A stretch of DNA of 64,000 nt, from assembly GCA_964016885.1 (NCBI GenBank), contig OZ024741.1:415462001-415526000 (forward strand). Reading direction: 5' to 3'. Both the position numbers and the translations under genes were made by a program. How positions within the stretch are numbered: the first letter of the stretch is position 1; every line of letters starts with the position of its first letter. Shown here piece by piece: positions 11,399-25,317 of this stretch. The DNA comes from Eledone cirrhosa (taxonomy: Eukaryota). The notes beneath the pieces were generated by a model. The model was not told the DNA's origin, did not search any database, and saw only the letters and a list, made by a program, of their open reading frames with translations.

Positions 11399-14300
11399 AA
11401 CCTGGTCAACACTGACCAGGACTACTACCTACAGTTGTCTTAACCCTTTAGTTACCAACCTGGTCAACACTTACCAGGACTATTACCTACAGTTGTCTTA
11501 ACCCTTTAGTTACCAACCTGGTCAACACTAACCAGGACTATTACCTACACTTGTCTTAACCCTTTAGTTACCAGTCTGGTCAACACTAACCAGGACTATT
11601 ACCTACAGTTGTCTTAACACTTTAGTTACCAATCTGGTCAACACTGACCAGGACTATTACCTACAGTTCTCTTAACCCTTTAGTTACCAGCCTGGTCAAC
11701 ACTGACCAGCACTATTATCTACAGTTGTCTTAACACTTTGGTTACCAACCTGGTCAACACTGACCAGCACTATTATCTACAGTTGTCGTAACCCTTTAGT
11801 TACCAACCTGGTCAACACTGACCAGGACTATTACCTACAGTTGTCTTAACCCTTTAGTTACCAACCTGGTCAACACTTACCAGGACTATTACCTACAGTT
11901 GTCTTAACCCTTTAGTTACCAACCTGCTCAACACTAACCAGGACTATTACCTACACTTGTCTTAACCCTTTAGTTACCAGTCTGGTCAACACTAACCAGG
12001 ACTATTACCTACAGTTGTCTTAACCCTTTAGTTACAAACCTGGTCAACAATAACCAGGACTATTACCTACAGTTGTCTTAACCCTTTAGTTACCAACCTG
12101 GTCAACACTGACCAGGACTATTACCTACAGTTGTCTTAACCCTTTAGTTACTAACCTGGTCAACACTGACCAGGACTATTACCTAGAGTTGTCCTAACCC
12201 TTTAGTTACCAATCTGGTCAACACTAACCAGGACTATTATCTACAGTTGTCTTAACCCTTTAGTTACCAACCTGGTCAACACTAACCAGGACTATTACCT
12301 ACAGTTGTCTTAACCCTTTAGTTACCAGTCTGGTCAACACTAACCAGGACTATTACCTACAGTTGTCTTAACACTTTAGTTACCAATCTGGTCAACACTG
12401 ACCAGGACTATTACCTACAGTTCTCTTAACCCTTTAGTTACCAGCCTGGTCAACACTGACCAGCACTATTATCTACAGTGTCTTAACCCTTTGGTTACCA
12501 ACCTGGTCAACACTGACCAGCACTATTATGTACAGTTGTCGTAACCCTTTAGTTACCAACCTGGTCAACACTGACCAGGACTATTACCTACAGTTGTCTT
12601 AACCCTTTAGTTACCAACCTGGTCAACACTGACCAGAACTATTAGCTACAGTTGTCTTAACCCTTTAGTTACCATCCTGGTCAACACTAACCAGGACTAT
12701 TACCTACAATTGTCTTAACCCTTTAGTTACCAACCTGGTCAACACTTACCAGGACTATTACCTACAGTTGTCTTAACCCTTTAGTTACAAACCTGGTCAA
12801 CAATAACCAGGACTATTACCTACAGTTGTCTTAACCCTTTAGTTACCAACCTGGTCAACACTGACCAGGACTATTACCTACAGTTGTCTTAACCCTTTAG
12901 TTACTAACCTGGTCAACACTGACCAGGACTATTACCTACAGTTGTCTTAACCCTTTAGTTACCAACCTGGTCAACACTTACCAGGACTATTACCTACAGT
13001 TGTCTTAACCCTTTAGTTACCAGTCTGGTCAACACTAACCAGGACTATTACCTACAGTTGTCTTAACCCTTTAGTTACCAGTCTGGTCAACACTAACCAG
13101 GACTATTACCTACAGTTGTCTTAACACTTTAGTTACCAATCTGGTCAACACTGACCAGGACTATTACCTACAGTTCTCTTAATCCTTTAGTTACCAGCCT
13201 GGTCAACACTGACCAGCACTATTATCTACAGTTGTCTTAACCCTTTGGTTACCAACCTGGTCAACACTGACCAGCACTATTATCTACAGTTGTCGTAACC
13301 CTTTAGTTACCAACCTGGTCAACACTGACCAGGACTATTACCTACAGTTGTCTTAACCCTTTAGTTACCAACCTGGTCAACACTAACCAGGACTATTACC
13401 TACAGTTGTCTTAACCCTTTAGTTACCAACCTGGTCAACACTTACCAGGACTATTACCTACAGTTGTCTTAACCCTTTAGTTACAAACCTGGTCAACAAT
13501 AACCAGGACTATTACCTACAGTTGTCTTAACCCTTTAGTTACCAACCTGGTCAACACTGACCAGGACTATTACCTACAGTTGTCTTAACCCTTTAGTTAC
13601 TAACCTGGTCAACACTGACCAGGACTATTACCTACAGTTGTCCTAACCCTTTAGTTACCAATCTGGTCAACACTAACCAGGACTATTATCTACAGTTGTC
13701 TTAACCCTTTAGTTACCAACGTGGTCAACACTTACCAGGACTATTACCTACAGTTGTCTTAACCCTTTAGTTACCAACCTGGTCAACACTTACCAGGACT
13801 ATTACCTACAGTTGTCTTAACTCTTTAGTTACAAACCTGGTCAACACTGACCAGGACTATTACCTACAGGTGTCTTAACCCTTTAGTTACTAACCTGGTC
13901 AACACTGACCAGGACTATTACCTACAGTTGTCCTAACCCTTTAGTTACCAATCTGGTCAACACTAACCAGGACTATTATCTACAGTTGTCTTAACCCTTT
14001 AGTTACCAACCTGGTCAACACTTACCAGGACTATTACCTACAGTTGTCTTAACCCTTTAGTTACCAACCTGGTCAACACTAACCAGGACTATTACTTACA
14101 GTTGTCTTAATCCTTTAGTTACCAGTCTGGTCAACACTAACCAGGACTATTACCTACAGTTGTCTTAACACTTTAGTTACCAATCTGGTCAACACTGACC
14201 AGGACTATTACCTACAGTTCTCTTAACCCTTTAGTTACCAGCCCGGTCAACACTGACCAGCACTATTATCTACAGTTGTCTTAACCCTTTGGTTACCAAC

Positions 14301-16618
14301 CTGGTCAACACTGACGAGCACTATTATTTACAGTTGTCTTAACCCTTTAGTTACCAACCTGGTCAACACTGACCAGGACTATTACCTACAGTTGTCTTAA
14401 CCCTTTAGTTACCAACCTGGTCAACACTGACCAGAACTATTAGCTACTGTTGTCTTAACCCTTTAGTTACCAACCTGGTCAACACTAACCTGGACTATTA
14501 CCTACAGTTGTCTTAACCCTTTAGTTACCAACCTGGTCAACACTTACCAGGACTATTACCTACAGTTGTCTTAACCCTTTAGTTACAAACCTGGTCAACA
14601 ATAACCAGGACTATTACCTACAGTTGTCTTAACCCTTTAGTTACCAACCTGGTCAACACTGACCAGGACTATTACCTACAGTTGTCTTAACCCTTTAGTT
14701 ACTAACCTGGTCAACACTGACCAGGACTATTACCTACAGTTGTCCTAACCCTTTAGTTACCAATCTGGTCAACACTAGCCAGGACTATTATCTACAGTTG
14801 TCTTAACCCTTTAGTTACCAACCTGGTCAACACTTACCAGGACTATTACCTACAGTTGTCTTAACCCTTTAGTTACCAACCTGGTCAACACTTACCAGGA
14901 CTATTACCTACAGTTGTCTTAACCCTTTAGTTACAAACCTGGTCAACACTGACCAGGACTATTAGCTACAGGTGTCTTAACCCTTTAGTTACCAGCCTGG
15001 TCAACACTGACCAGGACTATTACCTACAGTTGTCTTAACCCTTTCCTTACCAACCTGGTCAACACTGACCAGAACTATTAGCTACAGTTGTCTTAACCCT
15101 TTAGTTACCAACCTGGTCAACACTAACCAGGACTATTACCTACAGTTGTCTTAACCCTTTAGTTACCAACCTGGTCAACACTTACCAGGACTATTACCTA
15201 CAGTTGTCTTAACCCTTTAGTTACAAACCTGGTCAACAATAACCAGGACTATTACCTACAGTTGTCTTAACCCTTTAGTTACCAACCTGGTCAACACTGA
15301 CCAGGACTATTACCTACAGTTGTCTTAACCCTTTAGTTACTAACCTGGTCAACACTGACCAGCACTATTATCTACAGTTGTAACACTTTAGTTACCAACC
15401 TGGTCAACACTTACCAGGACTATTACCTACAGTTGTCTTAACCCTTTAGTTACCAACCTGGTCAACACGGACCAGGACTATTACCTACAGTTGTCGTAAC
15501 CCTTTAGTTACCAACCCAGTCAACACTAACCAGGACTATTACCTACAGTTGTCTTAACCCTTTAGTTACCAACCTAGTCAACACTAACCAGGACTATTAT
15601 CTACATTTTTCTTAACCGTTTAGTTACCAACCTGGTCAACACTGACCAGGACTATTACCTACAGTTGTCTTAACCCTTTAGTTACCAACCTGGTCAACAC
15701 TGACCTGGACTATTACCTACAGTTGTCTTAAACCTTTAGTTTCCAACCTGGTCAACACTGACCAGGAATATTACCTGCAGTTGTCTTAACCCTTTAGTTA
15801 CCAACCTGGTCAACACTGACCAGGACTATTGCCTAAAGTTGTCTTAACCCTTTAGTTAAGTTACCAACCTGGTCAATACTGACCAGAACTATTACCTACA
15901 GTTGTCTTAACCCTTTAGTTACCAACCTGGTCAACACTGACCAGGACTATTACCTACAGTTGTCTTGACTCTTTAGTTTCCAACCTGGTCAACACTGACC
16001 AGGACTATTACCTACAGTTGTCTTAACCCTTTAGTTACCAGTCTGGTCAACCCTGACCAGCACTATTATCTACAGTTGTCTTAACACTTTAGTTACCACT
16101 CTGGTCAACACTGACCAGCACTATTATCTACAGTTGTCTTGACCCTTTATTTGCCAGTCTGGTCAACACTGACCAGGACTATTACCTACAGTTGTCGTAA
16201 CACTTTAGTTATCAACCTAGTCAACACTAACCAGGACTATTATCTACAGTTGTCGTAACACTTTAGTTACCAAATTGGTCAACACTTACCAGGACTATTA
16301 CCTACAGTTGTCTTAACCCTTTAGTTACCAACCTAGTCAACACTAACCAGGACTATTAACTACAGTTCTCTTAACCCTTTAGTTACCAGTCTGGTCAACA
16401 CTGACCAGCACTATTATCTACAGTTGTCTTAACCCTTTGGTTACCAACCTGGTCAACACTAACCAGGACTATTATCTACAGTTGTCGTAACACTTTAGTT
16501 ACCAACCTGGTCAACACTTACCAGGACTATTACCTACAGTTGTCTTAACACTTTAGTTACCAACCTGGTCAACACTTACCAGGACTATTACCTACAGTTG
16601 TCTTAACCCTTTAGTTAC
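11399..16618. repeat. ~5.2-kb (90-monomer) block duplicated at 20098-25317
   Basis: Offset is 8,699 bp (150x58-1) for ACTACTACC at 11421/20120 and GTTAAG at 15855/24554. Also shared are the CAGTGTC -1 deletion, TGACGAGC, CTTTCCTTAC and TTTATTTGCC. Confidence 0.92.
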
Positions 16619-19600
16619 AAACCTGGTCAATAATAACCAGGACTATTACCTACAGTTGTCTTAACCCTTTAGTTACCAACCTGGTCAAGACTGACCAGGA
16701 CTATTACCTACAGTTGTCTTAACCCTTTAGTTACTAACCTGGTCAACACTGACCAGGACTATTACCTACAGTTGTCCTAACCCTTTAGTTACCAATCTGG
16801 TCAACACTAACCAGGACTATTATCTACAGTTGTCTTAACCCTTTAGTTACCAACCTGGTCAAAACTTACCAGGACTATTACCTACAGTTGTCTTAACCCT
16901 TTAGTTACCAACCTGGTCAACACTAACCAGGACTATTACCTACAGTTGTCTTAACCCTTTAGTTACCAGTCTGGTCAACACTAACCAGGACTATTACCTA
17001 CAGTTGTCTTAACACTTTAGTTACCAATCTGGTCAACACTGACCAGGACTATTACCTACAGTTCTCTTGACCCTTTAGTTACCAGCCTGGTCAACACTGA
17101 CCAGCACTATTATCTACAGTTGTCTTAACCCTTTGGTTACCAACCTGGTCAACACTGACCAGCACTATTATGTACAGTTGTCGTAACCCTTTAGTTACCA
17201 ACCTGGTCAACACTGACCAGGACTATTACCTACAGTTGTCTTAACCCTTTAGTTACCAACCTGGTCAACACTGACCAGAACTATTAGCTACAGTTGTCTT
17301 AACCCTTTAGTTACCAACCTGGTCAACACTAACCAGGACTATTACCTACAGTTGTCTTAACCCTTTAGTTACCAACCTGGTCAACACTTACCAGGACTAT
17401 TACCTACAGTTGTCTTAACCCTTTAGTTACAAACCTTTTCAACAATAACCAGGACTATTACCTACAGTTGTCTTAACCCTTTAGTTACCAACCTGGTCAA
17501 CACTGACCAGAACTATTACCTACAGTTGTCTTAACCCTTTAGTTACTAACCTGGTCAACACTGACCAGGACTATTACCTACAGTTGTCTTAACCCTTTAG
17601 TTCCCAACCTGGTCAACACTTACCAGGACTATTACCTACAGTTGTCTTAACCCTTTAGTTACCAACCTGGTCAACACTAACCAGGACTATTACCTACAGT
17701 TGTCTTAACCCTTTAGTTACCAACCTGGTCAACACTAACCAGGACTATTACCTACAGTTGTCTTAACACTTTAGTTACCAATCTGGTCAACACTGACCAG
17801 GACTATTACCTACAGTTCTCTTAACCCTTTAGTTACCAGCCTGGTCAACACTGACCAGCACTATTATCTACAGTTGTCTTAACCCTTTGGTTACCAATCT
17901 GGTCAACACTGACCAGCACTATTATCTACAGTTGTCGTAACCCTTTAGTTACCAACCTGGTCAACACTAACCAGGACTATTACCTACAGTTGTCTTAACC
18001 CTTTAGTTACCAACCTGGTCAACACTGACCAGAACTATTAGCTACAGTTGTCTTAACCCTTTAGTTACCAACCTAGTCAACACTAACCAGGACTATTACC
18101 TACAGTTGTCTTAACCCTTTAGTTACCAACCTGGTCAACACTTACCAGGACTATTACCTACAGTTGTCTTAACCCTTTAGTTACAAACCTGGTCAACAAT
18201 AACCAGGACTATTACCTACAGTTGTCTTAACCCTTTAGTTACCAACCTGGTCAACACTGACCAGGACTTACCTACAGTTGTCTTAACCCTTTAGTTACTA
18301 ACCTGGTCAACACTGACCAGGACTATTACCTACAGTTGTCTTAACCCTTTAGTTACCAACCTGGTCAACACTTACCAGGACTATTACCTACAGTTGTCTT
18401 AACCCTTTAGTTACCAACCTGGTCAACACTAACCAGGACTATTACCTACAGTTGTCTTAACCCTTTAGTTACCTGTCTGGTCAACACTAACCAGGACTAT
18501 TACCTAGAGTTGTCTTAACACTTTAGTTACCAATCTGGTCAACACTGACCAGGACTATTACCTACAGTTCTCTTAACCCTTTAGTTACCAGCCTGGTCAA
18601 CACTGACCAGCACTATTATCTACAGTTGTCTTAACCCTTTGGTTACCAACCTGGTCAACACTGACCAGCACTATTATCTACAGTTGTCGTAACCCTTTAG
18701 TTACCAACCTGGTCAACACTGACCAGGACTATTACCTACAGTTGTCTTAACCCTTTAGTTACCAACCTGGTCAACACTAACCAGGACTATTACCTACAGT
18801 TGTCTTAACCCTTTAGTTACCAACCTGGTCAACACTTACCAGGACTATTACCTACTGTTGTCTTAACCCTTTAGTTACAAACCTGGTCAACAATAACCAG
18901 GACTATTACCTACAGTTGTCTTAACCCTTTAGTTACCAACCTGGTCAACACTGACCAGGACTATTACCTACAGTTGTCTTAACCCTTTAGTTACTAACCT
19001 GGTCAACACTGACCAGGACTATTACCTACAGTTGTCCTAACCCTTTAGTTACCAATCTGGTCAACACTAGCCAGGACTATTATCTACAGTTGTCTTAACC
19101 CTTTAGTTACCAACCTGGTCAACACTTACCAGGACTATTACCTACAGTTGTCTTAACCCTTTAGTTACCAACCTGGTCAACACTTACCAGGACTATTACC
19201 TACAGTTGTCTTAACCCTTTAGATACAAACCTGGTCAACACTGACCAGGACTATTAGCTACAGGTGTCTTAACCCTTTAGTTACTAACCTGGTCAACACT
19301 GACCAGGACTATTACCTACAGTTGTCCTAACCCTTTAGTTACCAATCTGGTCAACACTAACCAGAACTATTATCTACAGTTGTCTTAACCCTTTAGTTAC
19401 CAACCTGGTCAACACTTACCAGGACTATTACCTACAGTTGCCTTAACCCTTTAGTTACCAACCTGGTCAACACTAACCAGGACTATTACCTACAGTTGTC
19501 TTAATCCTTTAGTTACCAGTCTGGTCAACACTAACCAGGACTATTACCTACAGTTGTCTTAACAATTTAGTTACCAATCTGGTCAACACTGACCAGGACT

Positions 19601-20097
19601 ATTACCTACAGTTCTCTTAACCCTTTAGTTACCAGCCCGGTCAACACTGACCAGCACTATTATCTACAGTTGTCTTAACCCTTTGGTTACCAACCTGGTC
19701 AACACTGACCAGCACTATTATGTACAGTTGTCTTAACCCTTTAGTTACCAACCTGGTCAACACTGACCAGGACTATTACCTACAGTTGTCTTAACCCTTT
19801 AGTTACCAACCTGCTCAACACTGACCAGAACTATTAGCTACAGTTGTCTTAACCCTTTAGTTACCAACCTGGTCAACACTAACCAGGACTATTACCTACA
19901 GTTGTCTTAACCCTTTAGTTACCAACCTGGTCAACACTTACCAGGACTATTACCTACAGTTGTCTTAACCCTTTAGTTACAAACCTGGTCAACAATAACC
20001 AGGACTATTACCTACAGTTGTCTTAACCCTTTAGTTACCAACCTGGTCAACACTGACCAGGACTATTACCTACAGTTGTCTTAACCCTTTAGTTACT

Positions 20098-23000
20098 AAC
20101 CTGGTCAACACTGACCAGGACTACTACCTACAGTTGTCTTAACCCTTTAGTTACCAACCTGGTCAACACTTACCAGGACTATTACCTACAGTTGTCTTAA
20201 CCCTTTAGTTACCAACCTGGTCAACACTAACCAGGACTATTACCTACACTTGTCTTAACCCTTTAGTTACCAGTCTGGTCAACACTAACCAGGACTATTA
20301 CCTACAGTTGTCTTAACACTTTAGTTACCAATCTGGTCAACACTGACCAGGACTATTACCTACAGTTCTCTTAACCCTTTAGTTACCAGCCTGGTCAACA
20401 CTGACCAGCACTATTATCTACAGTTGTCTTAACACTTTGGTTACCAACCTGGTCAACACTGACCAGCACTATTATCTACAGTTGTCGTAACCCTTTAGTT
20501 ACCAACCTGGTCAACACTGACCAGGACTATTACCTACAGTTGTCTTAACCCTTTAGTTACCAACCTGGTCAACACTTACCAGGACTATTACCTACAGTTG
20601 TCTTAACCCTTTAGTTACCAACCTGCTCAACACTAACCAGGACTATTACCTACACTTGTCTTAACCCTTTAGTTACCAGTCTGGTCAACACTAACCAGGA
20701 CTATTACCTACAGTTGTCTTAACCCTTTAGTTACAAACCTGGTCAACAATAACCAGGACTATTACCTACAGTTGTCTTAACCCTTTAGTTACCAACCTGG
20801 TCAACACTGACCAGGACTATTACCTACAGTTGTCTTAACCCTTTAGTTACTAACCTGGTCAACACTGACCAGGACTATTACCTAGAGTTGTCCTAACCCT
20901 TTAGTTACCAATCTGGTCAACACTAACCAGGACTATTATCTACAGTTGTCTTAACCCTTTAGTTACCAACCTGGTCAACACTAACCAGGACTATTACCTA
21001 CAGTTGTCTTAACCCTTTAGTTACCAGTCTGGTCAACACTAACCAGGACTATTACCTACAGTTGTCTTAACACTTTAGTTACCAATCTGGTCAACACTGA
21101 CCAGGACTATTACCTACAGTTCTCTTAACCCTTTAGTTACCAGCCTGGTCAACACTGACCAGCACTATTATCTACAGTGTCTTAACCCTTTGGTTACCAA
21201 CCTGGTCAACACTGACCAGCACTATTATGTACAGTTGTCGTAACCCTTTAGTTACCAACCTGGTCAACACTGACCAGGACTATTACCTACAGTTGTCTTA
21301 ACCCTTTAGTTACCAACCTGGTCAACACTGACCAGAACTATTAGCTACAGTTGTCTTAACCCTTTAGTTACCATCCTGGTCAACACTAACCAGGACTATT
21401 ACCTACAATTGTCTTAACCCTTTAGTTACCAACCTGGTCAACACTTACCAGGACTATTACCTACAGTTGTCTTAACCCTTTAGTTACAAACCTGGTCAAC
21501 AATAACCAGGACTATTACCTACAGTTGTCTTAACCCTTTAGTTACCAACCTGGTCAACACTGACCAGGACTATTACCTACAGTTGTCTTAACCCTTTAGT
21601 TACTAACCTGGTCAACACTGACCAGGACTATTACCTACAGTTGTCTTAACCCTTTAGTTACCAACCTGGTCAACACTTACCAGGACTATTACCTACAGTT
21701 GTCTTAACCCTTTAGTTACCAGTCTGGTCAACACTAACCAGGACTATTACCTACAGTTGTCTTAACCCTTTAGTTACCAGTCTGGTCAACACTAACCAGG
21801 ACTATTACCTACAGTTGTCTTAACACTTTAGTTACCAATCTGGTCAACACTGACCAGGACTATTACCTACAGTTCTCTTAATCCTTTAGTTACCAGCCTG
21901 GTCAACACTGACCAGCACTATTATCTACAGTTGTCTTAACCCTTTGGTTACCAACCTGGTCAACACTGACCAGCACTATTATCTACAGTTGTCGTAACCC
22001 TTTAGTTACCAACCTGGTCAACACTGACCAGGACTATTACCTACAGTTGTCTTAACCCTTTAGTTACCAACCTGGTCAACACTAACCAGGACTATTACCT
22101 ACAGTTGTCTTAACCCTTTAGTTACCAACCTGGTCAACACTTACCAGGACTATTACCTACAGTTGTCTTAACCCTTTAGTTACAAACCTGGTCAACAATA
22201 ACCAGGACTATTACCTACAGTTGTCTTAACCCTTTAGTTACCAACCTGGTCAACACTGACCAGGACTATTACCTACAGTTGTCTTAACCCTTTAGTTACT
22301 AACCTGGTCAACACTGACCAGGACTATTACCTACAGTTGTCCTAACCCTTTAGTTACCAATCTGGTCAACACTAACCAGGACTATTATCTACAGTTGTCT
22401 TAACCCTTTAGTTACCAACGTGGTCAACACTTACCAGGACTATTACCTACAGTTGTCTTAACCCTTTAGTTACCAACCTGGTCAACACTTACCAGGACTA
22501 TTACCTACAGTTGTCTTAACTCTTTAGTTACAAACCTGGTCAACACTGACCAGGACTATTACCTACAGGTGTCTTAACCCTTTAGTTACTAACCTGGTCA
22601 ACACTGACCAGGACTATTACCTACAGTTGTCCTAACCCTTTAGTTACCAATCTGGTCAACACTAACCAGGACTATTATCTACAGTTGTCTTAACCCTTTA
22701 GTTACCAACCTGGTCAACACTTACCAGGACTATTACCTACAGTTGTCTTAACCCTTTAGTTACCAACCTGGTCAACACTAACCAGGACTATTACTTACAG
22801 TTGTCTTAATCCTTTAGTTACCAGTCTGGTCAACACTAACCAGGACTATTACCTACAGTTGTCTTAACACTTTAGTTACCAATCTGGTCAACACTGACCA
22901 GGACTATTACCTACAGTTCTCTTAACCCTTTAGTTACCAGCCCGGTCAACACTGACCAGCACTATTATCTACAGTTGTCTTAACCCTTTGGTTACCAACC

Positions 23001-25317
23001 TGGTCAACACTGACGAGCACTATTATTTACAGTTGTCTTAACCCTTTAGTTACCAACCTGGTCAACACTGACCAGGACTATTACCTACAGTTGTCTTAAC
23101 CCTTTAGTTACCAACCTGGTCAACACTGACCAGAACTATTAGCTACTGTTGTCTTAACCCTTTAGTTACCAACCTGGTCAACACTAACCTGGACTATTAC
23201 CTACAGTTGTCTTAACCCTTTAGTTACCAACCTGGTCAACACTTACCAGGACTATTACCTACAGTTGTCTTAACCCTTTAGTTACAAACCTGGTCAACAA
23301 TAACCAGGACTATTACCTACAGTTGTCTTAACCCTTTAGTTACCAACCTGGTCAACACTGACCAGGACTATTACCTACAGTTGTCTTAACCCTTTAGTTA
23401 CTAACCTGGTCAACACTGACCAGGACTATTACCTACAGTTGTCCTAACCCTTTAGTTACCAATCTGGTCAACACTAGCCAGGACTATTATCTACAGTTGT
23501 CTTAACCCTTTAGTTACCAACCTGGTCAACACTTACCAGGACTATTACCTACAGTTGTCTTAACCCTTTAGTTACCAACCTGGTCAACACTTACCAGGAC
23601 TATTACCTACAGTTGTCTTAACCCTTTAGTTACAAACCTGGTCAACACTGACCAGGACTATTAGCTACAGGTGTCTTAACCCTTTAGTTACCAGCCTGGT
23701 CAACACTGACCAGGACTATTACCTACAGTTGTCTTAACCCTTTCCTTACCAACCTGGTCAACACTGACCAGAACTATTAGCTACAGTTGTCTTAACCCTT
23801 TAGTTACCAACCTGGTCAACACTAACCAGGACTATTACCTACAGTTGTCTTAACCCTTTAGTTACCAACCTGGTCAACACTTACCAGGACTATTACCTAC
23901 AGTTGTCTTAACCCTTTAGTTACAAACCTGGTCAACAATAACCAGGACTATTACCTACAGTTGTCTTAACCCTTTAGTTACCAACCTGGTCAACACTGAC
24001 CAGGACTATTACCTACAGTTGTCTTAACCCTTTAGTTACTAACCTGGTCAACACTGACCAGCACTATTATCTACAGTTGTAACACTTTAGTTACCAACCT
24101 GGTCAACACTTACCAGGACTATTACCTACAGTTGTCTTAACCCTTTAGTTACCAACCTGGTCAACACGGACCAGGACTATTACCTACAGTTGTCGTAACC
24201 CTTTAGTTACCAACCCAGTCAACACTAACCAGGACTATTACCTACAGTTGTCTTAACCCTTTAGTTACCAACCTAGTCAACACTAACCAGGACTATTATC
24301 TACATTTTTCTTAACCGTTTAGTTACCAACCTGGTCAACACTGACCAGGACTATTACCTACAGTTGTCTTAACCCTTTAGTTACCAACCTGGTCAACACT
24401 GACCTGGACTATTACCTACAGTTGTCTTAAACCTTTAGTTTCCAACCTGGTCAACACTGACCAGGAATATTACCTGCAGTTGTCTTAACCCTTTAGTTAC
24501 CAACCTGGTCAACACTGACCAGGACTATTGCCTAAAGTTGTCTTAACCCTTTAGTTAAGTTACCAACCTGGTCAATACTGACCAGAACTATTACCTACAG
24601 TTGTCTTAACCCTTTAGTTACCAACCTGGTCAACACTGACCAGGACTATTACCTACAGTTGTCTTGACTCTTTAGTTTCCAACCTGGTCAACACTGACCA
24701 GGACTATTACCTACAGTTGTCTTAACCCTTTAGTTACCAGTCTGGTCAACCCTGACCAGCACTATTATCTACAGTTGTCTTAACACTTTAGTTACCACTC
24801 TGGTCAACACTGACCAGCACTATTATCTACAGTTGTCTTGACCCTTTATTTGCCAGTCTGGTCAACACTGACCAGGACTATTACCTACAGTTGTCGTAAC
24901 ACTTTAGTTATCAACCTAGTCAACACTAACCAGGACTATTATCTACAGTTGTCGTAACACTTTAGTTACCAAATTGGTCAACACTTACCAGGACTATTAC
25001 CTACAGTTGTCTTAACCCTTTAGTTACCAACCTAGTCAACACTAACCAGGACTATTAACTACAGTTCTCTTAACCCTTTAGTTACCAGTCTGGTCAACAC
25101 TGACCAGCACTATTATCTACAGTTGTCTTAACCCTTTGGTTACCAACCTGGTCAACACTAACCAGGACTATTATCTACAGTTGTCGTAACACTTTAGTTA
25201 CCAACCTGGTCAACACTTACCAGGACTATTACCTACAGTTGTCTTAACACTTTAGTTACCAACCTGGTCAACACTTACCAGGACTATTACCTACAGTTGT
25301 CTTAACCCTTTAGTTAC
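20098..25317. repeat. Second copy of the 90-monomer block
   Basis: Same ordered private variants as 11399-16618. Confidence 0.92.

Larger units (their letters stand above)
1..11419. repeat. Domain A block, copy 1 of an ~11.4-kb near-identical duplication (partner 40275-51691)
   Basis: Rare variants recur at offset 40,274 and then 40,272. Examples: +5 GTTAAG at 121/40395 and 8605/48877, the -2 ACTAGTTATC deletion at ~468/~40742, GGTGAAC, ACGCTGACC, CAGGCCAGG and TGAGCAG. Confidence 0.92.
11399..25317. repeat. Domain B sub-family with an 11-19-monomer higher-order repeat (core ~13-mer, 754 bp)
   Basis: The marker ACAAACC..CAATAACC occurs at 12048, 12801, 13497, 14599, 15237, 16631 (TAATAACC variant), 17443, 18197, 18891, 19993, 20747, 21500, 22196, 23298 and 23936. 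ATTAGCTAC and ACCAGCCTGG variants are enriched here. Confidence 0.85.
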
